Position numbers and translations under genes: made by a program
Notes under the pieces: generated by a model
Told to the model about the DNA's origin: nothing
Databases searched by the model: none
The model's input: the letters and a program-made list of their open reading frames with translations, nothing else
Assembly: GCA_036689225.1 (NCBI GenBank)
Contig: CP144768.1
Span: 157,311 to 189,310, forward strand
Reading direction: 5' to 3'
Length of the DNA: 32,000 nucleotides
Origin: Candidatus Saccharimonadota bacterium
GTDB taxonomy: Bacteria; Pseudomonadota; Gammaproteobacteria; Enterobacterales; Enterobacteriaceae
Part shown: piece by piece, positions 10,042-23,915 of the stretch
Numbering within the stretch: position 1 is the stretch's first letter
Layout of the letters: every line of letters starts with the position of its first letter

Positions 10042-10450
10042 TTTATTATATAATAAAAAAATTTTTGAAGAAATAAATTCATTAAAAAAATATGAAGATA
10101 AAATTATATATTTAATTGAATTAGGTAAAATTTTACCATTAAAAAATAAAAATATAAAATATAAAAATAATATAATATATGGATGTCAAAATAATGTATG
10201 ATTAAAAATAAAAAATAATAATAATATAATTAAAATAAATGCAGATAGCGATTCATTAATAATTAAAGGAATATTAAGTATAATAATAATAAATTTAAAT
10301 AATAAAAAAATAAAATATATAAAAAATAAAAATATTTATAATATTTTTAAAAAAATACATTTTTTTAAAAAAATAATAAATAATAAAATAATAGGATTAA
10401 AATCAATTTTTTTTACTATAAAAAAAAAAATTAAAAATTTTAATATATAA
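10034..10450 (+). CDS. sufE: sulfur acceptor SufE
   Basis: ATG 10034 overlaps the sufS stop (ATGTATAA). There is one in-frame TGA and the ORF ends at TAA 10448-10450 (138 aa). YLIELGKILP aligns with YLIELG..LP. The active-site region YGCQNNVW aligns with GCQSQVW, and ADSDSLIIKGI with DSDA.IVKGL. Confidence 0.75.
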
Positions 10451-10540
10451 TATAATTTAAAAATTTTTATAAAATGTAATTAAAATAAAATTAATTAAAT
10501 ATTTTAAATTAACAAAAATCTATTAATATAAAATATACAT

Positions 10541-12061
10541 ATGTTATTAAATATTATAAAAATAAGTTGTTTAATATTTATATCTAAAATAATAGGATTT
10601 TTAAAAGATATAATAATAGCAAATAAATTTGGTATAAATTTTCAAACTGATGCTTTCTATACAGTATTTAAATTATCAAATATGTTAAGAAAAATATTTG
10701 CAGAAGGAGCATTTTCATATGTATTTATACCTATATTAGGTAAATATAAAGAAAAAAAAAATAAAAAAAAAATCAAAGAATTAATTTCATCAACATATTT
10801 CATATTATTTTTTATACTTACAATAATAAGTATTATTAGTATAATATATTCAAAAAATATAATATATATAACTTCATCAGGATTTATAAAAAATAATTTA
10901 AAATTTAAAATAATAAATAAATTATTAAAAATTACATTTCCATATATTATACTAATATCATTAACTTCATATATTTCATCTATATTAAATATATGAAATA
11001 TTTTTTTAATACCAAATTTTTCACCAATAATATTAAATTTAACAATTATTTTTTTTAGTATATTTATTAATAAATATTTTAAATTACCTATATTATCTTT
11101 ATCATGATCTGTAATAATAGGCGGTATATTACAATTATTATTTCAAAAAATAAATATAAAAAATATACCTATAAATATAAAATTTAATAATTTAAATATA
11201 TATAATAAAGGTGTAAACAAAATATTTAAAAATATTTTACCCGTAATATTAGGAATATCTATACATCAGATATCACAAATTATTAATAATATTATATCTT
11301 CATATTTTAAACCAGGTTTAATATCATGAATATATTATGCAGATAGATTAATAGAATTACCAATAAGTATATTAGGAAATATAATAAGTAATATTTTAAT
11401 ATCTAAATTATCAAAAAATTTTAATAATAAAAACAAAAAAAAATGTAATAAATTAATAAATAAATATTTAAAAATAATATTATTATTTAGTATACCTATA
11501 TCAATTTTAATAATATATACATCTAAAATATTAATAACAACTTTATTTAAATATGGTAAATTTAATTTTATTGATGTAATAATGACATCTAAAATTTTAA
11601 TTGCATATTCTATAGGAATAATTTCATCATTAATAATAAAAATTTTAACATTATGTTTTTATTGTACATATAATAATAATATAATTAACAAAATTGCTAT
11701 TTTAACATTATTTACAAATCAAATATTAAATATAATAACTATAAAATTATTTAAACATTCAGGATTAGCACTTTCATTAAGTTTAATTTCTTATATAAAT
11801 ATATTTATATTATATTGACAATTAAAAAAGAAAAATATTTTAAATTATAAATATAAATGAAATATATTTTTTTTAAAAATATTAATATCATCAATAATGA
11901 TGATTATATCATTAAAATATACAACTAAAAATATAATAAAAAATTTTATTAATCTGAATATTATATTCAGATTAATAAAACTATTAATAATATTTATTAT
12001 TAATATATTTATATATATAATTACCTTATTAATTTTAAAATTTAAATTTATAAAATTATAA
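10541..12061 (+). CDS. murJ: lipid II flippase MurJ (MviN)
   Basis: Track ORFs 10541-10996 and 11582-11818 share a frame and are joined through TGAs to TAA 12059-12061 (506 aa, polytopic). The N-terminus SKIIGFLKDIIIANKFGINFQTDAFYTVFKLSNMLRKIFAEGAFSYVFIP matches the MurJ consensus SR.LGF.RD...A..FG....DAF..AF..PN.LRR.FAEGAF...F.P. Confidence 0.85.
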
Positions 12062-12099
12062 AAAATTTTTAATAAATAAATATTTAAATTTCTAAAAAA

Positions 12100-12342
12100 T
12101 TATTTTTTAGATTTTAAAGAATTTATACAATCTATAGCTGATTGAACAGTATTAATTTTTTCAGCTTCATCATCAGATATTTCTATATCAAATTCTTCTT
12201 CTAATGCCATAATTAATTCTATAACATCTAAAGAATCTGCACCTAAATCATTAGTAAAAGATTTTTCATTTTTTATATCTTCTAATTTAACATTTAATTG
12301 ATCACTAATTATTTTTTTAATACGATTTTCTATATTACACAT
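12100..12342 (-). CDS. acpP: acyl carrier protein
   Basis: This is an 80-aa [18 protein letters not shown]....I.....[42 protein letters not shown] carries the phosphopantetheine attachment motif DSLD and is nearly collinear with E. coli AcpP. Confidence 0.95.
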   Translation of the reverse strand: MCNIENRIKKIISDQLNVKLEDIKNEKSFTNDLGADSLDVIELIMALEEEFDIEISDDEAEKINTVQSAIDCINSLKSKK

Positions 12343-12460
12343 ATTTAAACCTATAAATTATTAAATTTTAATTTAAAATATATTTATTCAAAAAAAAAAT
12401 ACTAATATATATAAATATTATACATATTTATTTACTTTTTTAAATAAAAATATAAACTAT

Positions 12461-12625
12461 TTATATAATTTTACAACCTTTATAAAAACCATTTTTACTA
12501 ACATGATGATATAAACTAATTTCATTATTTTTTTTATCTTTATATAAAACTGGTAAAGACAAAAAATTATGAGATCTACGATGACCTCTTTTTGATCTAC
12601 TTTTTTTACTTTTTTGTACTGCCAT
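12461..12625 (-). CDS. rpmF: 50S ribosomal protein L32
   Basis: This gene is not in the ORF track. The start ATG is the complement of 12623-12625 and the stop is the complement of 12461-12463 (54 aa). [25 protein letters not shown]...[17 protein letters not shown] aligns with E. coli L32 [22 protein letters not shown]...HLRHHITADGYYRGRKVI. Confidence 0.92.
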   Translation of the reverse strand: MAVQKSKKSRSKRGHRRSHNFLSLPVLYKDKKNNEISLYHHVSKNGFYKGCKII

Positions 12626-12636
12626 AAATTTACCTA

Positions 12637-13581
12637 TTAATTATTTAATAATTTATTTAAATTATTTATAGCTAACAAAAAATCATTATTTAAATTAGCA
12701 TATAATTTTATTTTTTTTTTATAAAAAGGATGAAAAAAAGATAAAAAATAAGAATGTAAAAATAATCTTTTTACTTTAAATTTTTTAAAAAAAAAATTAT
12801 TTTTTTTTTTATTACCATAAATATTATCTCCTATAATAGGATAACCTAAACTACTTGTATGTAATCTTATTTGATGATTTCTTCCTGTAATAGGAATAAT
12901 ATCTAATAATGTATATTTATTAAAATATTTATTAACATTAAATAAAGTTTCAGATAATTTACCTTTATTTAAATCTTTTGTAATATATGAAATATATCTT
13001 TCTTTATATATATAATTTTTAATTTTTTTAATATTAAAAGGTCATATTCCATATGTTAAAGCAATATATTTTTTAATTATATTATTATTTTTAAAATTAT
13101 TATGTAAATAACGTAATAAACATAAATTTTTAGAAATTAATAATATACCAGAAGTATCTTTATCAATACGATGAACTAACTCTAAAAAATTTTTTTTTAT
13201 ATACATACATCTAAAAATATCTATAATATTTAAATTAATTTTAGTACCTTTATGTACAGAAATACCATAAGGTTTATTTATAGCTATCATATATTTATCT
13301 TCATAAATAATATAATTTCTAAATTTATCTATGATATATTTATCAATATATATATTATTTTTTTTAATATTTACTAAAGGAATACGAATTATATCATTTA
13401 TTTTTAATCTATAATTATATGATATTCGTTTTTTATTTACTCTAATATTTCCTTTACGTAATAAAGAATATATTTTACTTTTAGGTAAATTTTTAATTAT
13501 TTTAAACAAATAATTATCAATTCTTTGATTTACATTATTAATATTAACTTTAATAAAATTTAAAAAAAATTTTTTAATCAT
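12637..13581 (-). CDS. rluC: 23S rRNA pseudouridine synthase RluC
   Basis: Track ORF 13042-13581 reads through TGA (complement of 13042-13044) to the stop at the complement of 12637-12639 (314 aa). [35 protein letters not shown] aligns with E. coli RluC [35 protein letters not shown]. Also present are [17 protein letters not shown] and [11 protein letters not shown]. It is divergent from rne, as in E. coli. Confidence 0.85.
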
Positions 13582-13667
13582 TTAAATATTATAAATAATT
13601 ATTTAATAATAAACTATTATTTAACAAAATTATTAATTTTTTTAAAAACAAATTTAAAAAATTTAAA

Positions 13668-15263
13668 ATGAAAAAAATATTAATAAATTATAATGAACAA
13701 AAAGAGTTACGTATAGCATTAATCAATAATAAAATATTATATGATTTAAATATACAAAATAAAAAATATAAACAAAAAAGATATAACATATATAAAGGAA
13801 AAATATTAAAAATACAACCTAATTTAGAAGCTGTATTTGTAGATTATGGTGAAAAAAAAAATGGTTTTTTACCTATTAAAGAAATATCAAAAAAATATTT
13901 AAAAAAAAAAATATATGAAGGACAAGAATTAATAGTACAAATAAATAAAGAAGAAAGAAATAATAAAGGAGCTTTTTTAACTACTTTTATAACAATTATA
14001 AAAAATAATTTAATATTAATGCCAAATAATCCTAAATTAATAGGAATATCAAAAAAAATAATTGGAAAAAATAGAAATAAATTAAGATTAATAATTAAAA
14101 ATTTAAATTTACCAAAAAATATTGGAATAATAATACGTACATCAGCAATTAATAAAACATTAAAATTATTAAAATCAGACTTAGTATCAGCAATAAAAAA
14201 ATGAAAAGAAATTAAAAAAAAAGCAAAAAAAATAAAAATACCATGTTTAATATATGAACAAAATAATATATTAATAAATATATTTAGAGATCATTTATGT
14301 GAAAACATAGATGAAATTTTAATAGATAATTATAATATATATAAATTAGCAATAAAATATATAAATAAAATAGATAAAAATAAATTTATAAATAAAATAA
14401 AATTTTACAAAAAAAAAAAACCTTTATTTAATTATTTTGAAATAGAAAAACAAATAAAATTATTATATAAAAGAAAAGTAATATTACCTTCAGGAGGTTC
14501 TATAATAATAGATATTACAGAAGCATTAACATCAATAGATATAAATTCATCAAAATATAAAAAAGGATCAAATATAGAAATTACAGCATTAAATACAAAT
14601 TTAGAAGCATCTGAAGAAATAGCAAGACAATTACGTTTAAGAAATATAGGAGGTTTAATAGTAATAGATTTTATAGATATGTTATTAAAAAAAAATAAAA
14701 AAATAGTAGAAAATAATTTAAAAAATAAAATAAAAGAAGATAAAGCAAAAATAAATATAGGATATATTTCTAAATTTGGTTTATTAGAAATGTCTAGACA
14801 AAGAATAAATAATTGTTTTAATAAAATTAATAACTATAAATATTCAAATTATAAAAAAAATAATAATATAAAAAATAATAAATATATATTATTATCTATA
14901 TTAAAAAAAATTAAAGAAGAATCATATAAAAAAAATACAAAAGAAATACATATTATAGTTACACCAAATATAAGTAAATATTTATTAAAAAATAAAAAAA
15001 GTAATATATATTATATAAAAAATAAAAAAAATAAAAAAAAAATAAAAATTACTATAATAATAAATAAAAAAAATAAAATATCTAATTATTTTATATTAAA
15101 AATAAAAGAAAAAAATATATTTAATAAAAAAAAAATAAAAATAGAAAATAAAAAAAAAACAAATAAAAATACTAATTTTTTTAAAAAAATTATATACAAA
15201 ATATATTACTTTTTTTATAATTTTAAAAAAATAAATATTTTTAAAAATAGAATATTTTTTTAA
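13668..15263 (+). CDS. rne: ribonuclease E/G family endoribonuclease, catalytic half only (531 aa)
   Basis: Track ORFs 13668-14204 and 14679-15263 share a frame and are joined through TGA 14202-14204. The S1 region reads NIYKGKILKIQPNLEAVFVDYG..KNGFLP. The catalytic region reads LPSGGSIIIDITEALTSIDINS, and IGGLIVIDFIDM and FGLLEMSRQR are also present. Divergent pairing with rluC supports the rne assignment. Confidence 0.88.
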
Positions 15264-15296
15264 AAACAAAATAAAATTAATTTATATAAAATAAAA

Positions 15297-17765
<2,469 letters not shown>

Positions 17766-17769
17766 AAAC

Positions 17770-18558
17770 ATGAAAAAAATATATTTTTATAAATTAAAAA
17801 AAATAAATCTTAAAAAAAAACATAATATATTTTATATAACAGGAAATAATTATATAAATAAAAATATATGTAAAAAATATATAAAAAAATTATTATCATT
17901 ATATATAAATAAAAATAATATTATAAATTTAATAATAGATAATAAATATAATTGAAATAAAATCAAAAATATTATAATTAATCAAAATTTATTTTCAAAA
18001 AAAAAATTATTAATTATAAATATAATAGAAAAAAATAAAAATATTAATAATTATATATATAAATATATAATAAAAAATATAATAAAAAAAAATATAATAT
18101 ATATAATAATATTTTTTGAATATAATAATTTAAATAAAATATATTTTAAAAAAAAAATAAAAAAAATTTTAATAATAAAATGTAATAAAAAATATATTAA
18201 TAATAAAAAAACAATTTTTTATTATAAAAATATTAATTATAATTATATAAAAAATATAATTATGTTAATTTATAAAAAAAAAATTGAAAAAATATTATAT
18301 ATAATAAATAAAATAAAATATGAAAATCATACAAAAATAATAATATTAAATATATTATTTAAATATTTTATAAAAAATATTTATAAATATAAAAAAATAG
18401 AATCAAAAAAAATATTATATTTAATTAAAAAAAATGAAATAAATATAAAAAAAAATAAAAAAATTAATTTAATATATTTAAAATTATTAATATTAATAAT
18501 AATTGACAAAAAAAAAATAAAATATATATTTAATAATATTAAATATTTAATTTATTAA
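17770..18558 (+). CDS. holA: DNA polymerase III delta subunit (diverged, shortened)
   Basis: Track ORFs 17770-17955 and 18262-18558 are one frame; I checked it codon by codon and found a single TGA at 17953-17955 (262 aa). IFYITGNNYINKNICKKYIKK aligns with E. coli HolA AYLLLGNDPLLLQESQDAVRQ. NWNKIKNIIINQNLFSKKKLLIINI aligns with DWNAIFSLCQAMSLFASRQTLLLLL. Its position directly after leuS matches the E. coli leuS-lptE-holA order. Confidence 0.6.
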
Positions 18559-20407
18559 GAATATTAGTATAATATTGTTGTTTTTTTTTAATACCATACA
18601 AAAATATTTCTTTACTTGCATAAATTGTAATTTTTTTTTTAGCACGAGTAATAGCAGTATATAAAATTTGTTTATTTAATAATTTATATGAATAATCAGG
18701 TATAATTAATAAAACATGATTAAATTCTGAACCTTGAGATTTATGTACAGTTATTACTCAAGTTAATTTTCAATTAATAAAATTATTTAAAAAAATAATT
18801 TTATATTCATTATAAAAATTTGAAAAAAAAATTTTTAATTTTTTATTATCATAAATAATAAATCCTATTTCACCATTAAATATATTTAAATCATTATTAT
18901 TTTTAGTAATAATAATAGGTTGACCTATATAATAAATTTTATTATTTTTTAAAATATATTTTTTTATATACTTATCTATAATTAAATTATTTATATATTT
19001 ATTTAAAAATAAAGTACCAAATTTAGATTTTTTTATTATAGAAATAATTTGAAATTTATTAAAATAATTTAAAAAATTATTATATTTAATATTACTACTA
19101 TTTAAATAATCAAAATAATATTTATATTTTTTTATACAAAAATTAATTAAAAAATTATAATTAAATTTATTTGAATCATAAAAATTTATATTATTATTAA
19201 AATTAAATTTATCTATAAATTTATATATTTCTTTATAATTATTACAATTTATAAAATTAGAAAATAAATTTAAATATTTATTTTTTTTAAAACGATAATT
19301 TTTTAATAAAAAAGATATATTATTATTTAATTTATTAATATTTATATTAAATTTTAAAAAATTAAATTTATATTTTAATAAAAAATTTATTAAATATGTT
19401 TTTTTTTTAGAAAAAGAAAAATTATAATTACATATTTCATTTAATAAAGAAATAGATTCTATCGGTCCTATTTGATTACTATCACCTAAAAAAATTATTT
19501 TTAAAAAATTTTTATTTAATAAAATAAAAATATTATATAATATATTTATATCAATCATAGAAAATTCATCAATTATTAAAATATCAAAATCTATTTCATT
19601 ATTATTATTAAAATATATTTTATTTAAATTATAATTTAATAATTTATGTATTGTAATAACTTTATTAGGTAATTTATTATAAAATTTTTTTTTTATATTT
19701 AATAATATATAATTTTTTTTTAATATATTTGTTAAAGAAAAACAAGATTTACCAGTAAAAGATACTATTTTGATAGAATTTTTATTTTTTAATTTAAATA
19801 TTTTAAATAAAATAAAAATTAATTTAGAAATTAATGTTGTTTTACCAGTTCCAGGTAAACCACAAATAAATGAAATTTTATTAAAAAAAACATTAAATAT
19901 ACATATTTTTTCATGTATATTTATATGAAATTTTTTAAAATATTTAAATATAAAAAAAATTTTTTTATTATTTATTTTTTCTTTATTTACATAATTTTTT
20001 TTAAAAAAATTAACTATATAATTTTCATATTTTCAAAATTTATTTAAATAAATACAATCTTTATATAATATAAAAGGAGTTACATTATTTATTCAATATG
20101 AACTTAAATAATTATATTTAAATAAAATATTAATACTATCAAATATTTTGATATATCTTTTAAAGAAATAATATAAAAAATTATATATATATTTAGTAAA
20201 AATATTATTATTTAAAATTTCAAAAATTGGTAAACATATATTACCTAATCTAGAAGATAAACTAATTAAAAAACTAAATAACATAATAACAGAATAATCA
20301 AAATTATTTTTTTCATATAATAATTTAGAAAAATATATATCTAACAAATTAGCTTCTTTTTTTTTATAACATAATAATAAAAAATTTTCTACTTCATTAA
20401 AAAACAT
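18539..20407 (-). CDS. recD: exodeoxyribonuclease V alpha subunit RecD
   Basis: Track ORFs 18770-19558 and 20093-20407 are one frame; the gap was checked codon by codon and contains only TGAs (622 aa). GNICLPI aligns with GHVCLPL. PFILYKDCIYLNKFWKYENYIVNFF aligns with [25 protein letters not shown]. Also present are Walker A GLPGTGKTT, Walker B ILIIDEFSMID, LGDSNQ and TVHKSQGSEF..V.L. Confidence 0.9.
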
Positions 20408-20416
20408 AATATACCT

Positions 20417-23400
20417 TTATTTTATATTTTTAAAAAAACTATTTAAATTATAAATTAATTTTTTATTAGGTTTAATATATAAAACTCCATTATAAGATCT
20501 ATAATTTCTTTCTAAAAACAATCCTCTTAAAAATATATAATATATACCACCAAAATTTAAATTATAATTATATTTTAAAACATTTAAATTTAAATAATTA
20601 TTTAAAGCAATAGAATATATTTGATATTGAATATCATATCTATTTAAAATTATACTTTTTATAATATTTTTTTTATTATAATCTAAAATATTATTTCCAA
20701 GTCAATTAGATTTATAATCTATAATATAATATTTATTATTATAAAAAAAAACTAAATCTATACTACCATTTAAATAACCTTTTATAGATTTTTTTATATT
20801 TAAATTATCACATAAATTTGAAATTTTATCATATTTTTTAATTATATTATTATATTTTAAAAAATTAATTTTTTTTATATATAAAAAAAAATTAAATTCT
20901 TTTAACATATAAAAAAATTTTATTTTCTTCAAATTTATATTTAATGGATATAAAATTACATTTAATGTATTAAATATAATTTTTTTTATATTAAAAAAAT
21001 ATTTTTTTTTAATACTAAAATTATTCATATATTTTAATAAAAAATTATTAGATATATTTTTATTAAAATTAATTTTTTCAAAAATTTTATGAAAAAATAA
21101 ACCAATATTTTTACCTTTAGATAAATTTAAAAAAAAAATATTTTTTTTAAAAAAAATATTATATTTATTTAAAATTATTTTTTTTTTATTTAATAAAACA
21201 ATATTAGAATAATTAATAATTTTTTTTTTTTTTAAAATTATATTATTAAATATAAATTTATTATTTTTAATATATTTTATTATATAAAAATTATTTTTTT
21301 TAATATAATTAATAATATTAATAAATTTAAAATTTATATATTTAAATTTCAAAAAATTTACAATATTTTCTTTTATTTTTGAAAAACTAAATTTTTTATT
21401 ATTACCTATAATTCTACCTATAGAAGTAAAACAAAATTTCTTTTTTTTATTAAATATTTGATATAAAATTATATTACATAAATATACAGATCTAGTAATA
21501 GCTACATATAATAATCTCATTTCTTCAGAAATTATTTCTTCATTCATTAAATTATTATATTTTTTTAAATTTAATAAATCTATATTAGTTTTACAATTTT
21601 TACGATTATGATAAATATTAAAATTATTAATTTTTTTTAAAAAAAATAAAAATGGTATTCATACTATATTATATTGTAATCCTTTAGATTTATGTATAGT
21701 AGAAATATTAATACCTTTTTTTTCATAAGAAAATGAACGCAAATAATATTCTTTATTACATATATTAGATATATTATTAATTTTTTCATTTAATCAATTT
21801 AATAATAAAATTTTATCATTAATAAAATAAAATTTTTTTTGTAAAATTTCTGCTAAATGTAATATATTTATATTATACTGTTCTTCTTTATAAGTTATAA
21901 ATTTATTAATACTATTTTTTTTTTTTAAAAAAAAATCTATTAAACAAAAAATACCATATTTATCTCATATATTATAATAATAAGAAAAATCACTTAAAAT
22001 ACTATTATATATTAATTTATCATTTAAATAATTATTTATAACATCTAAATTATAATTAAACATATTTGTAAATAAAGCATTATATAAATTTAATTTACAA
22101 TTAGGATAAAGTATAGCTTTTAATAAAAAAAATATTTCTTTAGATTCTAAAGAATTAAAAATATTACTTCTATTTAAAATACAATTAACAGGTAAAAAAA
22201 ATTTTTTTAAAACATCAAAAAAAATTTTTATTTCATAATTTTTATGAACTAATATTACAATATCAGAAGGTAAAATTTTTCTTTTTATATTATTATTAAA
22301 TAAAAAATTTTTTTTAGAATTTAATAAATTATATATTTTAATAGAACAAAATTTAGCTATTTTAATTTTATAATTAATACTATTTAAATTTTTTAATATA
22401 AAAAATTTTATTCCTATACTTTTTTTTTTATTATTTATAATTATAAAATGTTTATTTTTATAAGATGATAAAACAGAAATATAATTTATATGTTTAAATA
22501 TAAAAGGATTATTTATTTTATTAAAAATAAAATTTATACTTTTAACTAAAAAAAAAGAAGATCTCCAATTTATATTTAAAATATATAAAAAATCTATATT
22601 ATTTTTAAATTTTATATAATTAAAAATATTAGCACCTCTAAAAGTATATATAGATTGTTTAGGATCACCAATAAAAATTATTTTAGTATTATTTAAAAAA
22701 TTATTTATATATATTTTTTTAAAAATATTATATTGTAAATTATCTGTATCTTGAAATTCATCTATTAAAGAAATAGGATAATTTTTTCTAATAATATTAA
22801 GAAACAAATTATTTTTATTTAAAATATAATTTAATTTAATTATTAAATCATCAAAACTAATAAAATTATTTTTCTTTTTATAAATTTCTTTATAAATTTT
22901 AATATATTTTAAACATTTAAATATAATAAAATTACGTAAATCATTAACTTTAATATATAATTTATCTATATATAATAAAATATTTTTAATATTTAAATTA
23001 AAACAAAATTTATATTTTAATATATATTTATAACTAAATTTTTTTAAACAATATGGTAAATAAAAATTAACATTTTTATTATTACATCATATATTTATAT
23101 TTTTAAATCAAAAATTTAATATATTTTTTTTATATATAAAATTATTAGAATCTAAATTAATAAAAAAATTATAAATTTCTTCATAATTTTCAATTCATTT
23201 CTTTTTAAAATTATTTATAAAAATAATAATTTTATTATAACAATCTTCTATAGAAAAATATTCTAATTTATTATTAAATTTAAAATCAATAAAATTTAAT
23301 ATAGAATATATAAAATTATATAAATAATTTGGATTAGATCAATAAGAAAAAATTATTTTACTTAAATTATAAGATAAATTATAAAAATATTTACGTCAAA

Positions 23401-23887
23401 ATGAAACTATAATTTTATAAAAAAAATTATATTCATAATCTATAATTTTTAAAGAATTATTAATATTTGAATTTATAAAATAAGAAAATAAAATTTTTTT
23501 ACAAAAACTATGAATTGTATATATAGAAAATAAATCAACATTATTTTCATATTGAATTAATAAATTAAATATATTAGGAATTTTTTTAATAAATAAAAAT
23601 ATCTCTTTTATATAATCATCAAAAAATATATTTTTTATAAAACAAATACGTAATTTTTTTATATTATTAAATATTCTTTTTCTTATTTCTAAACAAGCCA
23701 AATCAGTAAAAGTAACAACTAAAATATTATTAATTAATAAATTTGAAAAATTATTTTCCATATTTATATTTAATAAAAAACGTAAATATAATAATGACAA
23801 AATATGAGTTTTTCCAGTACCTGCAGAAGCTTCTATTAAATTACATTTTCCTAAATAAATATTTAAAAAATCTTTATTATTTATCAT
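20417..23887 (-). CDS. recB: exodeoxyribonuclease V beta subunit RecB (helicase-nuclease)
   Basis: Track ORFs 20702-21547, 21965-22807 and 23396-23887 share one frame. Both gaps and the 3' extension were checked codon by codon and contain only TGAs (1156 aa). Motifs: LIEASAGTGKTHIL; VVTFTDLA; LIDEFQDTD, identical to E. coli; TIHKSKGLQYNIVWIPF; and the nuclease motif GSIDLVF...YYIIDYKSNWLG...RYDIQYQIY...FGGIYYIFLRG. Confidence 0.93.
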
Positions 23888-23915
23888 AAATTTACTAAAT
23901 ATTTAAATAATATAT

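Noticed and set aside
12343-12460. 118-bp spacer between acpP and rpmF, and other spacers (1036-1184, 4584-4724, 10451-10540, 27662-27809), examined for tRNA, small RNA or terminator hairpins.
   Set aside because: There are no G+C-rich stems, no cloverleaf-compatible segments and no conserved T-loop-like GTTCxAxxC motifs. The sequence is almost pure A/T.
14820-15263. Repetitive-looking AAAAATAAAAA / AATAATAAT stretches, checked as possible tandem repeats or a CRISPR-like array. The same applies to 7850-8400 and 17770-18560.
   Set aside because: There is no fixed repeat unit or spacer periodicity. The stretches lie inside open reading frames and encode Lys/Asn/Ile low-complexity linkers typical of extreme AT bias.
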